A program made the translations under genes and the position numbers. From contig QMZT01000002.1 in assembly GCA_003663325.1 (NCBI GenBank), positions 731 through 64,730 of the forward strand: a stretch of DNA of 64,000 nucleotides, read 5' to 3'. This DNA is from Candidatus Aenigmatarchaeota archaeon (lineage in GTDB: Archaea > Aenigmatarchaeota > Aenigmatarchaeia > QMZP01 > QMZT01). The notes below the pieces were generated by a model. That model ran no database searches, was not told the origin of the DNA, and saw nothing but the letters and a program-made list of their open reading frames with translations. Below are positions 17,924 to 27,762 of this stretch, one piece after another (positions within the stretch are counted from its first letter, which is position 1; each line of letters opens with the position of its first letter).

Positions 17924-19396
17924 ATGCCGTTTGTAACGCTTATAAAAACATTTAAAAAGGAGGGTGAATGGGTAAATTATCAGATTGACTCCTTTAATCG
18001 GTTTATTGACTTTGGTTTACAAAAAATAATAGATGAGATTGGCTCGGTTAGAATAGTTCATGAAGCAGAGGATTTAAAGCTAAAGTTTGGGAAGATAGAG
18101 GTTGGGAAGCCTGTTGTTAAAGAAGCTGATGGCTCCGTTAGAACCCTGTACCCTAACGAAGCGAGAATAAGGAACATAACATATATGGCTCCTATGTATG
18201 TAACTCTTACGCCTATCTTCAATGGTGTACAAGAAAGACCAGAGCAGGTACATATTGGTGATTTGCCTATCATGGTAAGATCAAAGGTATGTAATTTGTA
18301 TGGTTTGAATGAAGAGCAAATGTATGAGGTTGGTGAGGACCCAACTGATCCAGGTGGTTACTTTATAGTTAATGGTACAGAGCGCGTGCTTGTGTTAATA
18401 GAGGAGATAGCATCCAATAAGCCTATATTTGAAAGGGATGGTGATTCTATAACTGTCAGAATAAACTCTGAAAGGTCTGGATTCAGGCAGAGGCATTTAA
18501 TAGAAATGAAACAGGATGGTGAGATGCAGATATCGTTTGCAAATATAAGAAGATTGCCAATAGTTGTTATACTCAAAGCATTAGGCATGGATAATGATAA
18601 AGAGCTGTGCTCATTAATATCTGATGATGAGAATATATTGAATGAATTCTATACAAATCTTTATGAGGTTGATGTAATAACAACGGAAGATGCCATAGAT
18701 TATATAGGCAGGAGGTTGAAGATATCGAAAGAGTATAGAGATGAACGTGTTAGCCAAATATTGGATCGTTACCTTCTTCCCCACCTCGGCCAAAACATAG
18801 AGGATAGGGCAAGAAAGGTTACATTCTTAGCAAGGATAATAAGGAAATGCATACAGGTAAAGCTGGATATGATACCCGAAGATGATATAGATCATTATTC
18901 CAATAAGAGGTTATTAATGTCTGGTGAGCTTTTGGAACAGCTATTTAGATCGATATTACTTGGAAGATGGGGGCTGGTAGCTAAAATGACGTATAATTAT
19001 CAAAAGCTTATTAAAAGAGGTAAATTTCCTTCCCTACAATCTATAATAGAGGCTAATACTGTAACAAAGCAGATACTCTCTTCTCTTGCTACGGGTGCAT
19101 GGGTTGGTGGAAGAACTGGTGTTAGCCAAAGGCTTGATAGAAGCAGTTATATAAAAACAATATCACATCTGAGGTCTGTTATATCTCCACTAACATCAAC
19201 ACAAGAACATTTCAAAGCAAGACAAATACATCCCACGGAGTGGGGAAGGCTCTGTCCAGCTGAGACACCAGAAGGATCCAGCATAGGGTTAAGAAAGCAT
19301 CTAGCATTGCTAACAGAGGTTACATCTGGCCTGTCTGATAAAGAGATGGAAGAGGTAATAAAAATAGTTGGTGAGAGGGTAAAGCATGAGGTGTGA
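17924..19396 (+). CDS. rpoB2: DNA-directed RNA polymerase subunit B'' (Rpo2N; split B, N-terminal part)
   Basis: RNAP beta-family N-terminal domains; ends …GERVKHEV and overlaps the B' start. Confidence 0.9.
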   Translation: MPFVTLIKTFKKEGEWVNYQIDSFNRFIDFGLQKIIDEIGSVRIVHEAEDLKLKFGKIEVGKPVVKEADGSVRTLYPNEARIRNITYMAPMYVTLTPIFNGVQERPEQVHIGDLPIMVRSKVCNLYGLNEEQMYEVGEDPTDPGGYFIVNGTERVLVLIEEIASNKPIFERDGDSITVRINSERSGFRQRHLIEMKQDGEMQISFANIRRLPIVVILKALGMDNDKELCSLISDDENILNEFYTNLYEVDVITTEDAIDYIGRRLKISKEYRDERVSQILDRYLLPHLGQNIEDRARKVTFLARIIRKCIQVKLDMIPEDDIDHYSNKRLLMSGELLEQLFRSILLGRWGLVAKMTYNYQKLIKRGKFPSLQSIIEANTVTKQILSSLATGAWVGGRTGVSQRLDRSSYIKTISHLRSVISPLTSTQEHFKARQIHPTEWGRLCPAETPEGSSIGLRKHLALLTEVTSGLSDKEMEEVIKIVGERVKHEV

Positions 19397-21176
19397 TGTT
19401 TACATTAATGGTATGTACGTTGGTGTAACAGATAAGCCTGAAGAACTTGTAGCTGAGATAAGAAGGAGAAGAAGATATAACATGATACCTTCTGAGGTTA
19501 ACATAGCATACTTCAAAGAGTTCAACGAGATAAGAATAAATACAGATGCTGGAAGAGCTAGAAGACCACTTATAATAGTTGAGAATGGTAAGCCAAGATT
19601 AACAGAGGAGATGATAAGAAATCTTAAGGAAGGGAAGATAACATGGGATTATTTACTAAAGCATAATGTAATAGAATACTTGGATGCTGAAGAAGAAGAA
19701 AATGCGTACATTGCTCTAAGCCCTGAAGAGGTTACGAAAGAGCATACACATCTTGAGCTTAATCCCATGTCCATCCTTGGTATATCTGCCAGTATAACAC
19801 CGTACCCGGAATATAACAGGGGTGACAGGGTAAATTATGGAGCGAAGATGGTAGGACAAGCTATAGGAGCTCCTGTATTCAACTTTCTTATAAGAACGGA
19901 TACAAAGTTTAACATATTAGCATATCCCCAGCTGCCGTTGATTTACACAAAAACAGACAATGTACTTAAGAATCACCCTTATGGTCAAAATATAGTTGTT
20001 GCTGTTATGCCTTACGAAGGCTATAACATGAATGATGCTGTTGTTATTAATAAAGCATCCATAGAGCGGGGTCTGTTCAGATCTTTCTATTTTAGAACAT
20101 ATGAAACGGTAAGAAAGAGGTATTGGGGTGGACAGGAAGATATAATAGGTATACCAGAACCAGGGATACAGGGATATAGAGGGGAGCAAGCCTACATACA
20201 TCTTGATGAGGATGGTATAGTAAACCCCGAGACTGATGTTGGTTCTGACACCGTGCTAATAGGTAAAACATCTCCATTAAGGTTCCTTTCAGCTGGGGAC
20301 TTCACAGCAGATATAGAGAATAAAAGAGAATCATCTTTATGTGTCAAATATGGAGAAAAAGGTATAGTGGATAAGGTGATAATAACAGAAACACCTGATG
20401 GCGAGATGCTGTTTAAGGTAAGGGTAAGGGATGAAAGAAATTGTGAGGTTGGAGATAAATTTGCTACAAGACACGGACAAAAAGGTATTGCAGCCTTAAT
20501 AGTTCCACAGGAAGATATGCCATTTACAAAGGACGGGATAGTGCCAGATATAGTATTTAATCCCCATGGTATACCGAGCAGGATGACTGTTGGGCAATTG
20601 CTTGAAATAATAGCCGGAAAGTATGGTGCATTGGTTGGGAAGAGAATAGATGCATCTGCCTTTTCTGGAACAAAGGAAGAGGTTATAAGGAATGGTTTAA
20701 TAGAGCTTGGTTTCAGAGATGATGGTAGGGAGGTTTTGTATGATGGTAAAACTGGCAAGGCTTATGAGGCAACAATATTTATTGGGGTCAATTACTATAT
20801 GAAGCTTGATCACATGGTTGCGGACAAAATCCATGTTAGATCAAAGGGTCCCGTTACACTGCTTACACATCAACCAACAGAAGGGAGAAGTAAGAGGGGT
20901 GGCCTGAGAATGGGTGAAATGGAGCAGCAGTGCCTCGTAGGGCATGGTGCAGCACTTACATTAAGGGAGAGATTCAGCTCAGATGATACAACAATACCCG
21001 TTTGCTCTAACTGTGGGCTTATCGCAATACATGACAATATAAATAACAAATCATATTGCCCGGTTTGCAAGGATTCAAAAATAGTTAAGATAAGAACATC
21101 ATATGCCTTTAAGCTGATACTTGATGAATTAAAATCAAGTATAGTATATCCAAAACTTGTGGTGAAAGAGCTATGA
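19386..21176 (+). CDS. rpoB1: DNA-directed RNA polymerase subunit B' (Rpo2C; split B, C-terminal part)
   Basis: …GDKFATRHGQKGI… and C-terminal Zn motif CSNCG…CPVC. Confidence 0.9.
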   Translation: MRCDVYINGMYVGVTDKPEELVAEIRRRRRYNMIPSEVNIAYFKEFNEIRINTDAGRARRPLIIVENGKPRLTEEMIRNLKEGKITWDYLLKHNVIEYLDAEEEENAYIALSPEEVTKEHTHLELNPMSILGISASITPYPEYNRGDRVNYGAKMVGQAIGAPVFNFLIRTDTKFNILAYPQLPLIYTKTDNVLKNHPYGQNIVVAVMPYEGYNMNDAVVINKASIERGLFRSFYFRTYETVRKRYWGGQEDIIGIPEPGIQGYRGEQAYIHLDEDGIVNPETDVGSDTVLIGKTSPLRFLSAGDFTADIENKRESSLCVKYGEKGIVDKVIITETPDGEMLFKVRVRDERNCEVGDKFATRHGQKGIAALIVPQEDMPFTKDGIVPDIVFNPHGIPSRMTVGQLLEIIAGKYGALVGKRIDASAFSGTKEEVIRNGLIELGFRDDGREVLYDGKTGKAYEATIFIGVNYYMKLDHMVADKIHVRSKGPVTLLTHQPTEGRSKRGGLRMGEMEQQCLVGHGAALTLRERFSSDDTTIPVCSNCGLIAIHDNINNKSYCPVCKDSKIVKIRTSYAFKLILDELKSSIVYPKLVVKEL

Positions 21177-23671
21177 GCGTGAGCAAGATAGAAAGGATAG
21201 ATTTCGGTATACTTTCCCCTACAGTTATAAAGTCTATGGCAACGGTAAGAATAGTTACATCTGAGCTATATGATGCAGATGGCTATCCAGTTGACGGGGG
21301 TGTAATGGATCCACGCTTAGGTGTTGCAGATCCTGGGATAAGGTGTAGAACATGCAATGGAACGATAGGAGAATGCCCGGGACATTTTGGATATCTTGAG
21401 CTGGCAAAGCCTGTAATTCATATACTTTATACGAAGATTATATACAATCTTTTAAAGGTAACATGTAGGAAGTGTGGAAGAATAATGGTTAAGGAAAAGG
21501 TGAACATAAACAATATCCCACGAGACCAAATAAAAAAATGTCCTTTTTGCGGCGAGATCCAAAAAAAGATTACATTTGTAAAGCCTTACACATTTTATGA
21601 AGAAAAGGAAGAGTTAAACCCTCTAGAGATAAGGGAAAGATTTGAAAAGATACCAGATGGCGATCTAAGCAAGGTAGAATTCAATGGCGGCAGGCCGGAA
21701 TGGCTTATATTGACAATATTCCCAATACCACCTGTCACGGTAAGACCGAGTATAACACTTGAAACTGGTGAAAGGAGCGAGGATGATTTAACGCATAAGC
21801 TCGTAGATATAGTCAGAATAAATCAATCGTTAAAGGAGAACATAGATATAGGTGCTCCTGAGTTTATTCTTACGGACCTATGGGAGCTTTTACAATACCA
21901 TATTGCCACATACTTTGATAATGAGCTTACCGGTGTGCCACAAGCAAGGCATAGAAGTGGAAGGCCGCTTAAAGGCATTGTCCAGAGATTAAAAGCAAAG
22001 GAAGGGAGGATAAGAAATAATCTTTTAGGAAAAAGGGTTAATTTTTCAAGTAGAACGGTTATATCCCCAGATCCGAGGATAAGTATAAATGAGGTAGGCG
22101 TGCCAGAGGTTGTTGCAAATGAACTAACAATACCAGAGAGTGTCACAACACTTAATATAAAAAGGATAAAAGAGCTTATATTGAATGGCAGGGTCAATTA
22201 CGTTACTAGACCGGATAAAAGAAAGATAAAGGTGACAGAAGATAACAAAGAAGAGATAGTTAAAAATATAGGTGTCGGTTGGAGCGTAGACAGGAAGCTT
22301 GAAGATGGGGATATAGTACTCTTTAATAGGCAGCCTTCTTTGCACAGGGTTTCTATAATGGCTCACCGTGTCAAAGTCATGCCGTATCGTACGTTCCGCC
22401 TCAACCCCTCTGTTTGCCCGCCATACAATGCTGACTTTGATGGGGATGAGATGAATTTACATGCATTGCAGAGCGAGGAGGCACAAACAGAGGCATCTAT
22501 GCTCATGGAGGTAAAGCACAATATAATATCCCCGAGATTCGGTGGCCCACTCGTTGGTCTTGATCTGGACCAGATCTCTGGCATATACCTTCTAACAAAA
22601 AAGGGTGTTGTGTTTACAAAGGAAGAAGCTGCACAATTGCTAGGCTCGGCAAACATAGATATTGAGCTTCCAGATAAAGAAAAGATAACAGGCAAGGAGT
22701 TGGTAAGCCTTTTGATACCTAAAGGTGTTAATATAGAGTTCAAAACAAATTATTGTAAGGAATGCGATGAAAGATGTACAAAAGAAAAATGCAAACATGA
22801 TGCGTGGGTGAAGATAGTTAATGGTGAGCTAAAAACGGGCACGCTGGATTCATCTGCTGTGGGTGCGTTCAAGGGAAAGATGATAAATGAGATAAAAAGG
22901 GTTGCAAGTGAAGATGAGCTTAAGGACTTTATAGATAATTTAGGAAGGCTGGGGATAGCATACCTCATGCAAAGAGGCTTCTCTATAAGCATCGCAGATT
23001 TGGACCTAAGCAAAGATATTTTGGAAAAGGCACAAAGAGAGGTTGAGAAAGGGGAAAGAAATGTTCTAAAACTTATAGAGGAGTATAACAAGGGTGCGCT
23101 TGAGATAATACCTGGTATGACACCCGAGTCCTCCTTAGAAACGCATATCCTTTCCACACTGGCAAGGGTCCTGAATAATGTAAGCCAGCTTGTAGCAGAA
23201 AATATAAGGTATAGTGATATAGTTGTTATGGCAGACTCTGGGGCAAAGGGTTCTAACATAAACACAACACAAATGGCTGCTTGTGTAGGATCTGAGACGA
23301 TAATGGGTAAACGTATACAACGTGGTTATTACATGAGAACGTTGCCCCATTTTAAAAGAGGTGATTTATCAGCAAAAGCCCATGGATTTGTTGCCAGAGG
23401 GTTCAAGAAAGGTTTAACCCCCTTTGAGTTTTTCTGGAATTTGATGAATGGCAGGGAAGGATTAATGGATAAGTCCCTTCGTACGAGAAAATCAGGTTAT
23501 ATGCAAAGAAGATTCATGAACTCCTTGCAAGATTTGAGAGTGCATTATGATCTTACGGTAAGAGATTCAAATAATAATATAATCCAATTTGTTGCCGGGG
23601 AAGATGGTATAGATCCTACAAAATCAGACTGGGGAGAATTGGGATGGATAAATTATATAAGAGGTGTCTAA
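21173..23671 (+). CDS. rpoA1: DNA-directed RNA polymerase subunit A' (Rpo1N)
   Basis: Zn motifs CRTCNG…CPGHFG, NADFDGDEMN catalytic loop. Confidence 0.9.
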   Translation: MSVSKIERIDFGILSPTVIKSMATVRIVTSELYDADGYPVDGGVMDPRLGVADPGIRCRTCNGTIGECPGHFGYLELAKPVIHILYTKIIYNLLKVTCRKCGRIMVKEKVNINNIPRDQIKKCPFCGEIQKKITFVKPYTFYEEKEELNPLEIRERFEKIPDGDLSKVEFNGGRPEWLILTIFPIPPVTVRPSITLETGERSEDDLTHKLVDIVRINQSLKENIDIGAPEFILTDLWELLQYHIATYFDNELTGVPQARHRSGRPLKGIVQRLKAKEGRIRNNLLGKRVNFSSRTVISPDPRISINEVGVPEVVANELTIPESVTTLNIKRIKELILNGRVNYVTRPDKRKIKVTEDNKEEIVKNIGVGWSVDRKLEDGDIVLFNRQPSLHRVSIMAHRVKVMPYRTFRLNPSVCPPYNADFDGDEMNLHALQSEEAQTEASMLMEVKHNIISPRFGGPLVGLDLDQISGIYLLTKKGVVFTKEEAAQLLGSANIDIELPDKEKITGKELVSLLIPKGVNIEFKTNYCKECDERCTKEKCKHDAWVKIVNGELKTGTLDSSAVGAFKGKMINEIKRVASEDELKDFIDNLGRLGIAYLMQRGFSISIADLDLSKDILEKAQREVEKGERNVLKLIEEYNKGALEIIPGMTPESSLETHILSTLARVLNNVSQLVAENIRYSDIVVMADSGAKGSNINTTQMAACVGSETIMGKRIQRGYYMRTLPHFKRGDLSAKAHGFVARGFKKGLTPFEFFWNLMNGREGLMDKSLRTRKSGYMQRRFMNSLQDLRVHYDLTVRDSNNNIIQFVAGEDGIDPTKSDWGELGWINYIRGV

Positions 23672-24782
23672 GATGGAACTCCCTTTAAAGATAGTCAAGG
23701 AAGTCGAGGAGTATATAAAAAATAATAAGATCGATAAGAAAAGGGCTGAGAAGATATGGGAAAGGGTAAGAGAGGCTTATAGCAATGCTGTATACGATCC
23801 TGAAGAACCCATAGGCGTCGTCACAGCCCAAAGCCTTTCTGAGCCTGCAACACAGATGACTATGCGTACATACCACTTTGCAGGTACAGCAGGTATACAG
23901 GTCACCCTTGGTTTGCCACGTCTCATAGAGATATTTGATGCTAAAAAGGAGCCAGAGACCCCAAGCATGACAATATATTTAAAAAAGGATTACCAAACAA
24001 AGGAAAAAGCCATGAGGATAGCTGAGGATATAAAGGAGATAAAGCTCAAGGATTTGGTTATCTCAACAACGATAGACCTAATAAACATGACCATTACATG
24101 CAAGCTTGATATGAATAAGCTTCGCAGATATAATATAAAGCCTGAGGAATTGGCAAAGAAAATAAAGCTTAAGAACTTGGAAATTACAACAAAGGAGGAC
24201 AGATTAATAGCTGTATCAACAAAAGAGGATGTAATAAATTTGCATAAACTTAAGTTCAGGATGCTTGAATCGCATATAAAGGGTGTAAAAGGTGTTACAC
24301 ATGTCATTTTAAGCAAGAATGAAAAGGGTGAGTGGGTTATAACAACCCTTGGTTCTAATCTTAAGAAGGTCTTTGATATAGAAGGCGTGGATGCAACAAG
24401 AACCTATACAAATAATATATTTGAAGTGTACGAGGTTTTAGGTATAGAGGCTGCAAGGAATGTTATAATAAGGGAGGCGATGAAAACTATAGAGGAGCAA
24501 GGGCTTGGGGTTGATGTTAGATACGTCTCCTTGCTTGCAGATTTGATGACGGTTACAGGGAAGATAAGAGGAATAGGAAGGTATGGTATTGCAGGAAACA
24601 AAGACTCTGTACTTGCAAGGGCGGCATTTGAAGAAACAAAAAAACACATAATAAATGCATCTGTAAAGGGTGCTAAAGATCCTCTTAAAGGACCAATTGA
24701 AAATATAATCTTAAACCAAGTTATACCACTAGGTACAGGTGCGTTTAAGCTAGTAGGTAGAATTGGGAAAAAAGGTAAATAA
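23664..24782 (+). CDS. rpoA2: DNA-directed RNA polymerase subunit A'' (Rpo1C)
   Basis: Continuation of the largest-subunit C-terminal domains; overlaps A'. Confidence 0.9.
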   Translation: MSKMELPLKIVKEVEEYIKNNKIDKKRAEKIWERVREAYSNAVYDPEEPIGVVTAQSLSEPATQMTMRTYHFAGTAGIQVTLGLPRLIEIFDAKKEPETPSMTIYLKKDYQTKEKAMRIAEDIKEIKLKDLVISTTIDLINMTITCKLDMNKLRRYNIKPEELAKKIKLKNLEITTKEDRLIAVSTKEDVINLHKLKFRMLESHIKGVKGVTHVILSKNEKGEWVITTLGSNLKKVFDIEGVDATRTYTNNIFEVYEVLGIEAARNVIIREAMKTIEEQGLGVDVRYVSLLADLMTVTGKIRGIGRYGIAGNKDSVLARAAFEETKKHIINASVKGAKDPLKGPIENIILNQVIPLGTGAFKLVGRIGKKGK

Positions 24783-24814
24783 AGTTTTAAAGTTTTTAAA
24801 ATAAATGTGATTTT

Positions 24815-25351
24815 ATGTTAAAAAAATGGCTTGACATAATTGATGGTGTTACCGTAAAAAATGAGAATGGTAAGGTAGTGGTTAGTGGTGAAAAGGGCAG
24901 CCTGGAAAGGACATTTACGCATCCAAAGCTTTCGTTAAGGATAGAGGATGGCAAGGTATTTATAGATGTTAAAGAGAGCAAGCGGAATATAAATGCAATC
25001 GCCGGCACGTGGAAAGCATTGATAAAGAACATGATGTTGGGCGTTAAGTACGGCTGGCAGGCAAAGTTAAAAGCAGTGCATTCCCATTTCCCCATGAAAA
25101 TGAAGGTTGAGGGCAATAAATTTATTTTAGAAAATTTTTTAGGAGAGCGAAACAAAAGAAGCGTGGAGATTTATCCCGATGTTGAGATTGAGATAAAAGG
25201 AAATGAGGTAATAGTGAGCGGGAGTGATAAAGAAAAGGTTGGCCAGATGGCCGCAAACATAGAGCAAATGACAAGGGTGAAAGGTTTTGATAAAAGGGTT
25301 TTTCAAGATGGTATATATATTGTTGAAAAAACACATCTAATGGGGGAGTAG
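24815..25351 (+). CDS. rpl6: 50S ribosomal protein L6 (uL6)
   Basis: …HSHFPMKMKVEGNKFILENFLGERNKR…RVFQDGIYIVEK closely matches archaeal L6. Confidence 0.85.
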   Translation: MLKKWLDIIDGVTVKNENGKVVVSGEKGSLERTFTHPKLSLRIEDGKVFIDVKESKRNINAIAGTWKALIKNMMLGVKYGWQAKLKAVHSHFPMKMKVEGNKFILENFLGERNKRSVEIYPDVEIEIKGNEVIVSGSDKEKVGQMAANIEQMTRVKGFDKRVFQDGIYIVEKTHLMGE

Positions 25352-25353
25352 CT

Positions 25354-25734
25354 ATGGAAACAGAAGCGTTGGTGAAGAGAAGGGAGATAAAGAAGAAAAA
25401 ACCACGTTTTAAGAGACAAGAATGGCACAGGCATAAGAGATTGGAAGAGAAGTGGAGGAGGCCGAAGGGTAACAGCTCAAAGTTAAGAAAGAGAATAAAG
25501 GGAAGGGGTAAGCTACCATCTATTGGTTACTCTTCACCAAAAGAGGTAAAGGGGTTGAACAGGAATGGTTTTAGAGAGGTTATTATAAAGAATATCAATG
25601 ACTTAGAAAAGATAGACCCAAGTAGAGAGGTTGGGAAAATAGCATCCAGCGTTGGTAAGAAAAAGAGATTTGAGATTGAGGAAAAAGCAATCAAGATGGG
25701 AATAAAAATAGTAAATGGTATGTTAAAATATTAA
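25354..25734 (+). CDS. rpl32e: 50S ribosomal protein L32e (eL32)
   Basis: …RQEWHRHKRLEEKWRRPKGNSSKLRKR… eL32 signature; follows L6 as in archaeal ribosomal operons. Confidence 0.8.
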   Translation: METEALVKRREIKKKKPRFKRQEWHRHKRLEEKWRRPKGNSSKLRKRIKGRGKLPSIGYSSPKEVKGLNRNGFREVIIKNINDLEKIDPSREVGKIASSVGKKKRFEIEEKAIKMGIKIVNGMLKY

Positions 25735-25744
25735 GGTGTAGAGA

Positions 25745-25906
25745 ATGTTTATCGTGTTTAGGAATAAATGCCCCGTGTGCGGGACTAAGGGAAAGGTGTG
25801 GCATAAAAGGCCCAGGGTTTTTGTTTGTCCGCATTGCCTAACAATTTATTCAAACTATGGTATAGTGCTTGAAAGTGATTATGAAGAAGAGAATTTATGG
25901 AACTAA
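25745..25906 (+). CDS. small zinc-ribbon protein (53 aa), absent from the ORF track because it is under 60 aa
   Basis: Hand-translated MFIVFRNKCPVCGTKGKVWHKRPRVFVCPHCLTIYSNYGIVLESDYEEENLWN; CxxC…CxxC. Confidence 0.4.
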   Translation: MFIVFRNKCPVCGTKGKVWHKRPRVFVCPHCLTIYSNYGIVLESDYEEENLWN

Positions 25907-25934
25907 ATATTAAAAATAATACTATTTTCTTTAT

Positions 25935-26315
25935 ATGGCAAAAAAGCGTGCAGACAAAAAGCTATTAATGTCTATTTTGGCTGAGATAATTAAAGAAAGA
26001 AAGGAAATAGAGACACAAAGATTGCTATTGGAGATTGTCAATAAGAGGTTGAATAGTAAGTATGCTGTATCTGGCAAAAGATTAAGGAAAATAATTGCTG
26101 AGATTCCTGAGATAGGTATTGCTACAAAAAATATATGTGGGGAGATGCCAAAAGCATGCCCTGTATGCAATGGTAAGCTTAAAGGTGTATATGTAAAAAA
26201 TCTCCAAGGCAAGAAGATATTGGTATCGATGAAATGTACAAGGTGTGGATATAAAGGCGGGAGTGGTAAATGGAGGGTTGGGAGGTATGTATTCTACTGG
26301 AAACCTAAGCTATAA
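25935..26315 (+). CDS. hypothetical protein with C-terminal zinc ribbon
   Basis: …CPVCNGKLKG…CTRCGYKG… CxxC pairs; basic N-terminus. Confidence 0.4.
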   Translation: MAKKRADKKLLMSILAEIIKERKEIETQRLLLEIVNKRLNSKYAVSGKRLRKIIAEIPEIGIATKNICGEMPKACPVCNGKLKGVYVKNLQGKKILVSMKCTRCGYKGGSGKWRVGRYVFYWKPKL

Positions 26316-26380
26316 TTTTCTAAAACAAAAAAGCAATACACAATAAAGGTTTATAAATATTTCATGGTAATAAATTAAAT

Positions 26381-26914
26381 ATGGGTGCATTTCAGACTTT
26401 GTTATACAATATGCAAAGATTGGAGTTTTTCCAGTTTTTATTCCCGTTCCTGCTTGCGCTAGCGATATTTTATGGTTTAATAAAAACGGCATTAGGTGAT
26501 AAGTTACCAGCAAGCGCACAAGCGCTAATCTCCATAATTCTAGCGTTTTTTGTGATGCTCTATACAAGCTGGAATATCATGGTTGTTGATTTCTTTGCAA
26601 AGATATCTGGCTATTGGCTCATGGCAGGCTCTGTACTGCTTTTTATATTGATAATGTTCGGTTTTGTTGGTGTTAAGCCAGAGGAGGCATTTGGCGGTAA
26701 ATCAAAAACAATATGGGCACTGGTAATAGTGTTTGTTGGCATACTTTTTGCATTAGGTGCGGGTGTTGATCGCCTTATAGGTATACCCAGCTGGGCCATC
26801 AGCTCTGATGTATGGACCATCATATTCTTTATAATAATACTTGCCATTGTTGTTTGGTGGATGGGTGGAGAGAAGGCTGAAGCTAAAGGTGCCGGAGAGC
26901 AAAAGCCTGGTTAG
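26381..26914 (+). CDS. hypothetical integral membrane protein
   Basis: Four to five TM helices; no motif. Confidence 0.4.
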   Translation: MGAFQTLLYNMQRLEFFQFLFPFLLALAIFYGLIKTALGDKLPASAQALISIILAFFVMLYTSWNIMVVDFFAKISGYWLMAGSVLLFILIMFGFVGVKPEEAFGGKSKTIWALVIVFVGILFALGAGVDRLIGIPSWAISSDVWTIIFFIIILAIVVWWMGGEKAEAKGAGEQKPG

Positions 26915-26940
26915 GTAAAATAAAAGGTTTGTTATTATTG

Positions 26941-27756
26941 CTATGATTGGCTTTTTGGTACATTAGGGGCGTTGTGCTGAGCGTGCTGGATATGCCCTCT
27001 TTCTTTAAGCGTTCTTATTGTCTCCGAAAGGCTTCTTAAAGATTCAAGCATGGGCGTTAGAGAATCCTTGAATGCCCTTTCCATCGATTCTATCCTCTCA
27101 TTAAGCTCATTCATACTGTTTTTATATTCATCAATCTTTTCCTGTATGCTTTTTACCTCATTATTCCTCTCAACGCTCATCTTATTCATTTCCTCTTCTA
27201 CCTTGTTTATCCTTTCTACAATGCCTTGTATCTTTGTTTCCAAATTCTTGAAGTTTGTGGATATATCAGCCATCTTTTCTTGAACTATGACCTCAACAAG
27301 CTCCTCTATCTCTCTTCTATCAATGGTTTTTTTAGGCTCAGGTAGCGCAGGGGGTTTTTTGGGAGGTGGTAATAAAGGTTTTACCTCTTGTATTGGTGGT
27401 GCTTGGGGTGGTTGTGGAGGAGGTAATGGAGGTGCAGCAGGAGCAGGAGGTGGTGCTTGGGGTGGTTGTGGAGGAGGTAATGGAGGTTGTTGAGCTTCAG
27501 GACCAGGTCCCTTAACCTTCTTTTTCAATGCCTCTTTTATTGCTGCATCGATCTCTGTCATTGAATATCCTTGTTTTTGCAGGGCCTGTATTATCTCGGG
27601 TTCTGTGAGGCCACGAGAAGACATCATTTCAACTTCCATCACGGGTATAGGTCTGGATGGACCAGCTGGACCCTTTTCTTCCTTTTTCTTTTTACCAAAC
27701 AACATCAAAAACACCTTAATTATATTTTTACTTTTATATAAATAAAAGTTTTCCAA
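26941..27756 (-). CDS. hypothetical protein: UBA-like N-domain, tandem Pro-rich linker, C-terminal coiled coil
   Basis: …EPEIIQALQKQGYSMTEIDAAIKEAL…; PPLPPPQPPQAPP duplicated; heptad-rich C-terminus. Likely start at the internal Met (MLFGKKKK). Confidence 0.45.
   Translation of the reverse strand: MENFYLYKSKNIIKVFLMLFGKKKKEEKGPAGPSRPIPVMEVEMMSSRGLTEPEIIQALQKQGYSMTEIDAAIKEALKKKVKGPGPEAQQPPLPPPQPPQAPPPAPAAPPLPPPQPPQAPPIQEVKPLLPPPKKPPALPEPKKTIDRREIEELVEVIVQEKMADISTNFKNLETKIQGIVERINKVEEEMNKMSVERNNEVKSIQEKIDEYKNSMNELNERIESMERAFKDSLTPMLESLRSLSETIRTLKERGHIQHAQHNAPNVPKSQS
27395..27486 (-). repeat. tandem 54-nt direct repeat (two copies) encoding the PPLPPPQPPQAPP(PAPAAP) units
   Basis: ggtggtgcttggggtggttgtggaggaggtaatggagg at 27395-27432 and again at 27449-27486. 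Confidence 0.8.
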
Positions 27757-27762
27757 TTAAAT

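Noticed and set aside
27287-27493. Gly/Trp/Cys-rich 68-aa ORF (GGGNGG… repeats)
   Set aside because: It is the antisense reading of the Pro-rich tandem repeat inside the 26941-27756 gene, so it is an artefact of the repeat.
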